DNA of 64,000 nt from Dimorphilus gyrociliatus (taxonomy: Eukaryota > Animalia > Annelida), in contig CAJFCJ010000003.1 of NCBI GenBank assembly GCA_904063045.1, positions 1,550,001 through 1,614,000 on the forward strand, given 5' to 3'. A program made the position numbers and the translations under genes. Positions 10,539 through 22,245 of the stretch are shown piece by piece. How positions within the stretch are numbered: position 1 is the first letter of the stretch; the number at the start of each line of letters is the position of its first letter. A model generated the notes under the pieces. The model saw only the letters and a list, made by a program, of their open reading frames with translations, was not told the origin of the DNA and did no database searches.

Positions 10539-12527
10539 ATGGCCTATGTAAGTTTGCCCATAAATACATATCGTGGCTATTTTGAAGCTCTTAGGAACGG
10601 TGATATCAATTCTGTGACAACTTTCTTCGATCAAGCTGAAGTATGTGATTTATAGCTTAAAGATATATAGAATAAATTATAATTTAAAGATATCTTAATA
10701 TTTCTATATATTTTTAATGTATATATCATGTTAATAGGTTAACACTTATGATTTAATCAATGGAAAATTCATAATTCCCAGAAGAAAAGTATCTTTCTTG
10801 ATTGAAAGACCGATTCACGTCGCTGTATCTTCAGGAAATATTGATCTAATAAAGTTATTATGCAGGAATGGCGTAGATATAACGGCAATTGGGAGCAACG
10901 ATGATAATACCCTTCATATTATAGCTCTTATTAGTTCAAGAAATCAAAATAATGAGCAAATGTTTATTAATGTTTATAACTATTTATTACAAGAATTTGA
11001 TATTGCAATACTTGCAAAATTGTTTATGAGCGAAAACAAACAAGGTCTTCGCCCAGTAGAGTTAGCAGCCAAAGTTGGAGCCTATAAAGTACTTTTAAGA
11101 TTTTTCGAAACTAACGGTGTTTATAGGAAATCCTGTAAATTTCTGGGATATTATCAAGAAATACTCTACGATATAACAGATTATGAAACGACAAGGAAAA
11201 CGATTTATTACTTAAGCTTAATAATTAAAAAAGTCTAGTTTATTTTTGATATAATTGATAATTTGAAACATAAACATAAATCGTCTTCCAGAGTCGACAA
11301 AAGTCCTCTCAATGACATAACAAAAGTAACTATGTATGAACTCAACAACACTGCCTTCATATCTATGATAAACTCTCCATTTTTTTCAAAATGGATTTCT
11401 GCAAGTGTAACTAACATCTATTTGCTTTTCATACATCTTATGTATAGGGTAATTTACATGACTCTTCTTGTTTTAGTAGACCCTTTTACTTTTCGATTAG
11501 AAGCAAATTTGGGAAATTCTACCAATGATAACTGTTCTAAATATGTACAGGGTTTCATAACCCCGCAGTTGCGTAAAGCGTTACGTTTCACATTTCTTGT
11601 GTTTAACTTACTTATTTTATTATGGAAAATAAGCTGGTTTCTCAGCAAATTAATTCAAAAGAAGCGAGTTCGTGTTAAACACTATCAAAAGTTGAGAATA
11701 GCAAAAGCATCACAACTTGTTCTTCAAAATGATCAGGAATACGATTTTAAATAATTCATATGTAAAATATAATTAATTTTTCATATTTTGTAAATAGTAC
11801 TCTGGTATAAAAATATATTAAATGATTTCTATAAAACACATTCAATGGCTTATTAAGAATGGTTTAAAATCGTATTTAGATCATATACTCTTTTTATGAC
11901 GTAACATTGATTCTTTGTTCAACAATTTTTGAGGTAATGCTACTATCTCACTCTAACGTCGATGGAGCTGATATAATATACTTGGCATCTTATATTTCTG
12001 CTGTCTGGGTGATGCAATCGTATTTGCAGACGATTAAATTTTTTGGAGATCATATAATAATGATGAACAGACTTTTAACAGACGCCCTCAAATTTATACT
12101 CGTGGCTGTATTAATCTTTTCAGGCTTTAATCTCATACTATTCAAAACAAGTACAATCTACGGCGATTGTCAAAATATTTTCATTGTCAGCTTCTCATCT
12201 GCTTTTTATCACCTCTTACAATTGATGCTAAATCTAGTAAACGTTGACGAACTAGCACTATCGAAAACAAGTGGATTTCAGCTTGTACATGGACTATTTG
12301 TTGTAACAGTGTCAATCATATTGGTTAATTATCTTATAGCAATTATGTCAAATAATATAGCGTCGATTAGTGGCGAAAAAGACGAAGTTATGACCCTACA
12401 TCGTCTATCATACAGTCAGTGGATGAAAGGAAGCATATATACGTATTTTCTCAAAAAATGGATTCCTCTAAACAGGAAGTATATTAAAAGTGAAAATAGA
12501 ATATATATTTCGTGTTTAGAATATTAG
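10539..12527 (+). CDS. Ankyrin-repeat TRPV-like cation channel; proposed exons 10539-10640, 10738-11195, 11292-11736, 11880-12527 (550 aa)
   Basis: Ankyrin repeats (PIHVAVSSGNIDLIKLL, NTLHIIAL, GLRPVELAAKVGA), a YDITDYE linker, 6 hydrophobic segments, pore helix FSSAFYHLLQLMLN and TM6 NYLIAIMSN. Intron 1 is canonical; introns 2 and 3 appear to need GA donors. Confidence 0.85.
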
Positions 12528-13215
12528 ATATCCACTTTGAAGGGGAATGATGGAGAAATTGATGGAGACAATTAAATAATAATGAAAATATCTAAACTAA
12601 AACGTTTTTCTTTTATGCTTAGCATCATTTAATGAATTATTTAATGATATTGAATTCTGTTTTCTTTTACTTTTCTGCTCCTTTCCATTATGGATTCTTA
12701 TATTACATTTATTAATCATAGTTTCAGAAATAAATCCCTACTTCTTTAGAGGATATTTATATAAACGTCTGAAGTATTCAATTTGGCTTCGCTTGAGTTT
12801 TTATCATAGCAATTCACCAGAATTTAAAAAATTTCTTTTTTTTTTGTCTACAGGTAAATTGTTTGATCTTCATGAACTAAAAGTATAGTTAAAGCTTTGG
12901 TCTTCGATAGGATATAACAATGATTAAGACTTAAAAAGTAATTTGAAATAATAACACAAACTTAGACGATAAACTATTTCCTAGCATGAACAATTTCAAA
13001 GGTAATAAATAATTCGTAAAGTAAGATATTGATAGGTTTAATTAATTGCGAATAATAAAATAATAAAAACTGTGTACGTAGACACTTCCGCTCACTTACA
13101 TACGGTATATTCAATATAGTAAAATAGCTTTAGCTATTATTTTTATGACTCAGTGAAAAGAAATCATGATTATTTCAATGACTAATTACAATAAATAATA
13201 AATTGATTTGCTAAC

Positions 13216-14229
13216 CTGATAGTTGTCTCCAATGAACGATCCTTGAGAAATATTCCCCAATCCTATAGCTTGACTTACTGACGTAACAACACAAGCACTA
13301 AGGTGGATTTTGTCGTGAGATATTGAAGTAGGATCCAAGTTTGACAAATTTCCACTGAGGAAAATATCAACTATTTCCTTTTGAGAATCGCATAATTTTA
13401 AACAATCAGAATAACTTCTTTTAAAAGTCTCTGTTCTAGATGATACAATTTTTTGAAATTTAGACATCTGTTTGTTAAGATAGTTATATTTCAAAAATGA
13501 ATGTTGAATTATTATTCAACTATTACTTTAAAAACATTGTGATTATCTAGTAGTATGAAATATTCGTCGGTATGTTTCTCTTGGTCAAGCATCAACTGTA
13601 GAAATGATAGATAATTTTTAATAAGTAAATAAAAGGTGGCTTAAACTTTTATCTTTTGATAAGTTTAAAGATTTTTGAGAATAAAACCTGTTGCAGAGTG
13701 GTCTCTCTTTTGTCATTGCTCTTTTTATTTTCAATCTGAGGTATGTGAAATGGAATATTAAGAAACTGGACGATATTAGCAGAATTAAGTTGTTATGAAA
13801 CAAACTTTTTGTAGTAGTTTATTCACTTTAGTTTCTAAGGTTTTGGCTTCTATTCGCTTTATATCTAAAGTTTTTTCTCCTTCTATTACATCCTTAAAAT
13901 TAACTTTCTGCGCTTCATACTATATATAAAATATCAATGTTCACAGATAGAAGAAGTGTTCATTTAAGACAAAATACCTGAGAAATACAATGTCTCTGCA
14001 GTGTGACCCACAGACTCTCTAGACCAGCAATTCTGGTAAACATTGCTTGAAGTACTTTACAATCTTCTTGCATTGCCCACTTCATCATTTTTTTTATACT
14101 TTGTGCCTTGGCATCAACCATTTTTTTCCACAAGTCAATAAACTTTTTATCATATGAGAGATAAAGGTCAATTCCCGATCCAGGTAGACCAGCATTAGCA
14201 GCAACCTCTTTTTTTAAGGATTGAAACAT
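13216..14229 (-). CDS. First five coding exons (14229-13978, 13919-13806, 13735-13688, 13595-13527, 13467-13216) of a helical BAR-like protein resembling eisosome Pil1/Lsp1 (245 aa)
   Basis: All introns are GT-AG, phase 0, and join into one frame: MFQSLKKEV...SIKKMMKWAMQEDCKVLQAMFTRIAGLESLWVTLQRHCISQYEAQKVNFKDVIEGEKTLDIKR...GDNYQ. It ends at an open phase-0 donor CAG|gttag. A 5' UTR intron spans about 14238-14323, with an in-frame stop upstream of the ATG. Confidence 0.85.
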
Positions 14230-17200
14230 TTTGTCGCCTAGAATTAGTGATTAAAGGTACTCCTACTGTTGAACAGGCAGAGATATCTAGGCCATTAGTC
14301 ATATGTCAAGTAAACGGACTTACCTTGACAGAATTTTAAAATAACTTTTTAATTGAGGACGAAAAAATCCAGAGAAAACAATATTTTTCTTAAAACGAAA
14401 AACAAAAAATCGATTATCAATGTTTTCTTAAAACCTAAAAATTGGTCAACTATTTATTTTCCTTTTAGTAGTGAAGGTAAAATATTGTCAAAATTATACC
14501 GGTTTATATAAATGTTTTATTTGACAATCATTCAGCAATAGGTACGCAATATACTTGAAAGGTGTGTTTATCGCTCAAAAGAAATTTTTCTTATCTCATA
14601 AAGCAAAGTATATATATTTCATAGATTTGACCGTTAGAAAGATGACGTTTCATATAGAAAAAAACGCTAATAGTTAAGATTTATATATAGAAAAATATAT
14701 TTTAAAAAGGAACTTTAATTTCAAATAAAAGCCATTAATTAAAAAGTTTAAATTAATTTTTGTTCAACAAGGGTTAAATTAGAAAAGAATAAGCAATGAT
14801 AAATATTTTTAGAACTAAGCTTTACTGTGTTTACTTTGAGTATAAGTCAGAAAGTTTATATAAATAAATTGATAGCCTACATGGGGTAAAGAATGAAAAA
14901 GATAAAGGAGCTAACAGTTCTCTTGAGGCAATCTTATCGCAGAACTTTGATAATAGATATTAGATCGATATATTAGATACTAATGAACCGCAACAAGGAG
15001 GGAGTGGACCTAACTATGAGACATAAAACTTACACAAGTGTTGTATATAGTATTTGTATTTTTACTAAGATTTTAAATGTTTGGCTTTCTAGCTTAACTA
15101 TTACTGAAATCTAAAGTATATCAATAAACCATAATCAGTTTATTTAAGGAAACTTTGCAATTGTATGAGATCTATCGAAACGTCTGCACGGTATATATGA
15201 AGTATTAATACTTTGCTGGATCAAGTAGCTGTCAAATTCAAAAGCCTGCAGCTATATCCGTGGAGTTGTAAACCGCAAACAAGTACGACTATAGTAATAA
15301 TTGTCAAGAGAGTAAAATGGATAAATATCGTACAAGATCAGAAATGTACTATCTCCTATACGTTCTGTAAAGGAAGTCTTACATATAGCGTTATTTCTTT
15401 CAAGCCAATCTTAAAACGAGACTTGCATATATTGCATATTCACTAAAATACTGTTTGAGCATTTACAAAAATCCTAAATATTATGTCTTTCACGATGCTA
15501 GAAAAATATTTGAGGTTTTTATCAAGTTCCCTTACAGCTAATGATAAAAAGCATTACATGAAAATGATTAAAATGAATTACATATTATTAATATTCAAGA
15601 TCTATTCGAGCTCTGATTTCATTTCCTTCTAAACTCAACCTCCACGTCAGACATCCACTCGAACATCGATATCTCTTTTACAAGCAATTCTATCTGGTAG
15701 TTCCAAATCTCGGTCGGTTCTGCTAGTCTGTTTCTCATATTGAGTTTCCGATGCTTGTTAGTATTTACTATTACTACACTAGCTCTTTATCATATCCAAT
15801 AGCAGTATTACTTTGTTTGCGTCCTGAAATTTCCTTCGTCAGAGTGCATCTACCTTTGAGTAATAATTTCCATTTTCATTATGAATGAAAACATTAACTG
15901 CTTACTCTTAATAATGCTCTCCACTACTTATCATTAATGCCGGATTTTCCTGACTACACGCTGATTTTGTTCTTAACAGATGATCTAAAATATATCAGGC
16001 ATTCATCATACTCATATACTCTTCCATACTAAGTGAACAAGAGTTAGCACTCTCATTTTCATTTTTCATGTCAACTTTCATTACGTTTACGAATAATATT
16101 AAAGTGTACATTGATTTCGCATAGGCTAAACATAGCCGATTCTGCTACAACACTTGATTCTAGAACTATGAAGATCAGTTAAAGATCACGAGAAACTTCA
16201 ATTATTTTTGTGTATGTCTTTATCACAGCTTGGCAACAGCAAGAATCATATGCAAATTGCGAAAACCTCTAGACAATTCTACTACATTAAAAATTCATAG
16301 CGATGACACTAGGAGAATGTTTCTAGAAAACGCCTAAATTAAAATATAATTCAAGTGTGCATATAATACATATTTTAGTAATTTATTTCTCCAAGCGTTT
16401 CATGACTATGTGCTACAATTATAACTTATAACTTAAATCTCAGCCGACCTAGTATCTATGTCATAATTTTTCATGAAGAAAGCGCATATCGATTAATTTT
16501 TCAGCAGATGGCTATCTAAATTTATAAACTAACTTTTCTTAATCAAGATATTTCAATACTTGTAACTTTCTTTATAAACTATGTGTTGTCATTTGTAAAT
16601 TGTATCAATTAGAAATTTTAAATTCCTATTTTGATAATATTACATACCATATGATTTCATTATTTACCCTTAAGACAAAACAGAAGATGAATAATTCATT
16701 AAGTTACTATTTTAAAAGAAATTTCTATTTTCAACTAAGATAATATAGCTGGACATTATTTCTATCTTGCAATAATACTTTTTTCCTCTTAACAGATGAG
16801 GCACTAGCACATTCTATATTGATTAATGATATGTTAATTTTCACATGGAAAACAGACAGCTTTACCAAAAAACTATAAGGTTTAAAATAGTAGTTGCGGC
16901 TCTCTTATCTGAAATTTTTCACCGGAAGTTACATTACATAACCTTGGCAGTAGGTGAAAGTATCTATTTTATGGACAGCTGTCCATTTAACAAACAAGAC
17001 AAAAAAAACTATTACAAAACTATTTAAAAAGTAAAACATTTCAAAATATGTTTTTTCTTGAAAGTAACTGAAAAGTTAACAATATTAAGTAAATGTAAAG
17101 CCAAAAGTTATAAATATCTTTAGCATTGATATGGAATGGTTATCATTATAAAACTTTGAGCTAAATGAGTAAACTGACATTTAACGTTAATGATAAAGTG

Positions 17201-20200
17201 ATCGATGTAGGTATCCTTACCCTGATTTCAATTAAGTGTTTTTTGGAGATAACTTACTGAATATGGATTATATTAGATAATCGATATGAGGCATTTAACA
17301 GTATACCTACTATATATATTGCATATAAACTACATATGTATGTACTCTGATCGCAATTAAAGAACGTTATAATGATTATTTTTTTTGGCTAAACACATGT
17401 CAAAGAAAAGCGAACTTTTGCTTAGTTTTTTTTATTTAAAAGAAATGATTGAAATTAAGAAATAGATTAGTCAGCTGAAAGCGTAGATTTATTTATTGTA
17501 AGGGTTCTGTACAAAATAATAAATTTGTTGTAAAACAGTGAACTTCGATGCTTGAAGCAAGGATCAACAGACAATAAAGTTTAAACGGGGGAATTTTAGG
17601 CATCTGAAGAAACTTATGTGAACCAGTTTAAAAATGCCATTTTAATGATTTTTTGGTCGGAGGGTTAAATTTTATGCTCTTTGGAAATAACATAAATAAA
17701 TATAGCATGTTGATATGACTCTTGCACTCAATTGAAGAACTTTGAATAAGTAAAGCAAAGGTAGATTCTTAGCACTAAAGCCATCTAGATATTGTGTAGA
17801 AGAAATATAGATATTGCAAATAGAATTATAAATATTCATACAATGGTATCTTTTCTGTAAATAATTGTGTCATTAAAAGGTTTAGCCTATAACAAACAAC
17901 TTTTCTGATAATGAAAATATTTAGAACAAATAAGCGTTATCTTTATAATGATCATATAAAATTAGATGTTGTATGATATGACAGGTCTATAAAATGAACA
18001 ATTTTTATATATATTCAATACATAGTAATGTATTTTTGATTTCTAACCTAAATTATGCATGAAAAATTAAATTAATTTCAAAAAAAGATGAAGAACTAAT
18101 TAAGAAACAATAAATTCAAATTACTTAGAAATTTTATTTCTTCAGCATTGAATCTATTTTTCTTGAAAATGAATACTATACTTGTATTTAATTCAATGAC
18201 TAGGAAAATTTTTGAAGACCTGTTCTAAGCGCCATCTGATGGTTATAAATATATAAAATATTGATTTATCCTCAAGTGTTTACGTCATTCAAGATTCAAA
18301 TAATGGTTTCTAGTACAAAGGTCGTAGATTTTTCTCCTTTAGAAATATCTTTCAAAAGAAATTTATCTTTTTTTACAACATATCTTTGGCTTTTACATTG
18401 AAATTGAACAACAGTAGACTAAAATGTATTGACTATTTTAAGAGTAGAAAACTGTTCCAATAATCACTGTCTGAATATCATTGAAAATATGAATTTTAAT
18501 AAGTCATATATATTATCATGTATACTATACATATGTATATATATATATATATTTATAGTATATATATACAAGAACTATATCTTTTTCACTCAATCCTAAT
18601 CCTTGTAAAGGCTGATTTAACTTAATCCTAGTAAATGATTCAGTATGAATATATTAGTATTTCTGCAAAATTCCTCCCCCTTTCTCGCACCTTCCAAGCT
18701 GTACTAAAAATAGTATACGTGTACTTTTATTTTTGAAATCAATACAATGCTAATCTGAATACTTTTTGTATTTTTTCCGGGTCAATGTAGTTTAAGTTAT
18801 TTACCAACTTAACCACAGAAGCACCAATGAGAAAATACAAGCTGAAGATCAGTGACTAATTGAAAGTTGTGTCAAAATGAAAAATACCACAAATAATTAT
18901 AATCATGCATACTACTCAAAACTATATTTTTAACATAAATCTTTAATGACGTTCTAGTCTCATTGGTGATTAAAGTCATTTTGTACTTAGAAAATATGTA
19001 TCCAACAAAAATGAGGTAAAATTAGAGACAATGCGATTTATATTATACTATGCCCTTTATGAAATACATACTTTGTTCTTCCCTAATTAGATGGAGAAGT
19101 CTAAAAATATTTCAAAGTTTATAGTCTATTAAACTAATTGATGTTAAAAAAACTGTATATATATATCAAATTACTAATTATCTACACCTAAACAGGGACA
19201 GAAATTCGACTTTTTAACTGTTTAGAATGATTAAAAACTGATTAAAGCATATTTTTAAGAGTAATTTTTTGATGTCTGAATCAAATTAAAAATATGTTGT
19301 TTTGTAATATAATTGTAGTTCTTTGTCTATGCAGATTTTTTCATTTATTGTTTTAGTTGATTACAAGTCCTTGGAATGGAATGCATTATGACCCTTGTCT
19401 TATAATTACGAAGAGTATCTAATTTAGACAAGAAAAAAAAATTAAATTGGATCAATTTTTCCTAGTTTTCATGATATTTTCAGTTAATATAGTATAACAT
19501 TTAGTGTTGATGATCTTTTAATTGAAAATTGAAAAAAATCCACATTGCTTCTATTTATGTTATTTGTAATATTAAATAAGCTTTGTAAGTCTTTGAAATA
19601 GAAAGAAAAAATATTTACAAGCACTCTTAAGGGCTAAAAAAGGGATAACGAAAATACGTACTGACAGAATTCTTGGCTAAAAAATGTCACTAGATCTGAT
19701 GTTTAAAGTTTGTAATAAAGAGCGAGTTTTTCTTTAAAGGTAACATTTTTTTATAGTTTCTCTTTATAAAGCTCTGCTTTATTGCTAACGAGTGCCACAG
19801 AATTCTATGTACAATTTTATATAGTAAATTCATCAGATATAGGCGTATTTTTTTCAACAACCAACAAAAGTCAAGCAAAAGATCTTAATTTGACATTGTT
19901 GAAGAATCAAGTGTGTTTCAGAAATCATTTATGGAAGAATATACTAACTGTAACATCATCCCCTGAGAGCAAATGCAACTATGTTAATGTCTCAAGAGAA
20001 TTTCTGGGACTAACTGTAAAGCAAAGAATATTGTAAATTCCCTTTTATTTGGGCTAGGAGATTTCTGAAAAGTTATAAAATATATTCAAAACGTTTATTG
20101 AAATAATAAATCGAGTTTTATAATTTTATTAAACAAATTATCTATTTATTTATTATTTAACAACTGTAATCTAAATGCTTATAGGAATACATTTGATGAA

Positions 20201-21010
20201 ATAATAATTAACATTTCTATAAAATAGAACAAGGAAAAAAAACCTGATAATTAAAAAATACTTCACTGCAAGCGAAATATGCCAATTAAATTACTACACG
20301 AATAGGTCAATTATATTAATTTATATGTAGTTCATTTATTGCATAAAGCATAATTTTACATATACCTCTGTTGCACTGCATTAAATACTAAATACATAGA
20401 ATTATAGCTATAATTCTATAGCTTTTTTTTGGATAGTAGCAAAATGTTTTAGCGGAAATTGAAATTAGGAAATTTCTATAAACTATCCTTGTGTATGCAT
20501 ATGCATAATATGCGTTTAAAATAATTAGTTAACAGAGGTTGTTTTAATGATTAAAGAGGAATAAAAAAGTATAAAATATATTATCAATCTCTTTTTATTA
20601 CAGAACTTTTCCCATTTATTTGTTTTAAGTTTTATTATTGTTTCGTGGCTTGTATCATTTGATATGCACTCTGTTATAGTTTTCCCATTTTTGTCAATTA
20701 CATATTTGAAATTCTATAAATAAACAATGTCTTTTAAAAAGAAAAAAACAACAAGCAGAAATTGAAAAATGAATGACCATTATCCTAAGTAAAAACGCAT
20801 TCTATATTTAAGTTTATATATGCTCATTATAAAACTATTTTTATTTTATTTAAAAAGAAAACATCATTTTTCTGCTATAGATAAGGTATTTTTAATAATA
20901 TTTAAAATAATCTTAATTTTATCGCTGTACTTTTAGAGATATCTTGTCCTATTTATATTTAGAAATTAACTATTATTAATGCATTCCCGAGCCAATTATT
21001 TTCTGCAAAA

Positions 21011-21034
21011 ATATATATATATATATATATATAT
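21011..21034. repeat. (AT)n microsatellite
   Basis: Direct reading. Confidence 0.9.
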
Positions 21035-22225
21035 GTATAAAGAGTTGAATACAAAAACTCGCTAGTGATAGCTAATCAACATAACTCTATGGAGAGTAAT
21101 TTAACTACATCTTATATAATTTATTTAGCATATAGATACATATTATAAAATCTAGAGCTTTTCACTGATAAAATGTCAGAGGGAAAAAAAGCAAGTCGGA
21201 TGCATCTTTAAAATAGATCTGTCATTACAAATAACATACTCTCTCTTTTGAAAATAAAAAGTAACATTGACTAACGTTATCCGATTTAATGAAATATGAT
21301 TTCGTCTAACATTAAGTTTGTTACACAAGCATCTGAAATAGAACAACGATAATTCTCTATTTGATTATTTAGCGAGAGTGTTCTTGTCATCTAGGTTTTC
21401 CGACAATAAAAGAAACGACTATAAGGCTTTCTAAAAGCTAGAAATGAAATTTCAGACTTTAAAAGGTACTTGTTTAAATATATATTTAAAATATAGAATG
21501 ACTCGAAACAGAAACAATAAAAATAAAAGAATAAAGCTATAAATCACAAAGAATGATAGAAATCAATTTTTTCCCTGTAAGCAATACATCAGAACGGTCC
21601 TTTTTTCATATATAAACTCAATATAACTTTGTATGGAAAATATCAGATGAAAAAATCGAAACTCTAACAAATCCTACTGAAAAGAATCGATACAATGGCC
21701 AGACTCATAATCAATTATGGAATAAGAAATAGAATAAGCGTAATACAGTATATGTAAAAAGATTTGCAATTATGGAAAATTCTAGACAAAGAGAGAAGAA
21801 GCTTAAATATTTTTTCTTTAATCTTTTCAGACTTATTTCCTTAAGTGAATCCATTGTATCAATCACTTTTTTGGTACCTTTTATATTTATTAAATATTTT
21901 TCAATAACATATATAATGTATAGATTTACAAATCTTGAAGGTGACCCTTCCTTTCTCGTCTGTTGTTTCTCTATTTATAACAATTTGTTTTTAGAGAGCA
22001 AGTAAAGCACTTAATTATTTCCTTGAAAGAGAGACAAAGATTTTTTTTTGTTGTTAAAAATGACCTTGAGCATATATAAGAGAAGAAGAAAGCAGAAACT
22101 AGCGAAATTGATAAAAAAAAGGAAATTTTACAATAATTTATATAACACAATTTTTTCCCGTCTTGAAGCAGAAATTTGACATTTTTATTCTGGTTATAAA
22201 AGTAATATTCGCACACATAGTATTT

Positions 22226-22245
22226 TATATATATATATATATATA
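22226..22245. repeat. (TA)n microsatellite
   Basis: Direct reading. Confidence 0.9.

Noticed and set aside
11236-11238. Stop-codon readthrough as the explanation for the in-frame TAG between the two TRPV ORFs
   Set aside because: The surrounding 96 bp is intron-like in composition, ends in a good acceptor and would insert about 32 low-complexity residues; an intron is more parsimonious.
13105-13134. Possible 30-nt phase-0 micro-exon (LKLFYYIEYT) on the minus strand after the Pil1-like exon 5
   Set aside because: The acceptor is purine-rich and weak and there is no homology support; it would not change the nested-gene model.
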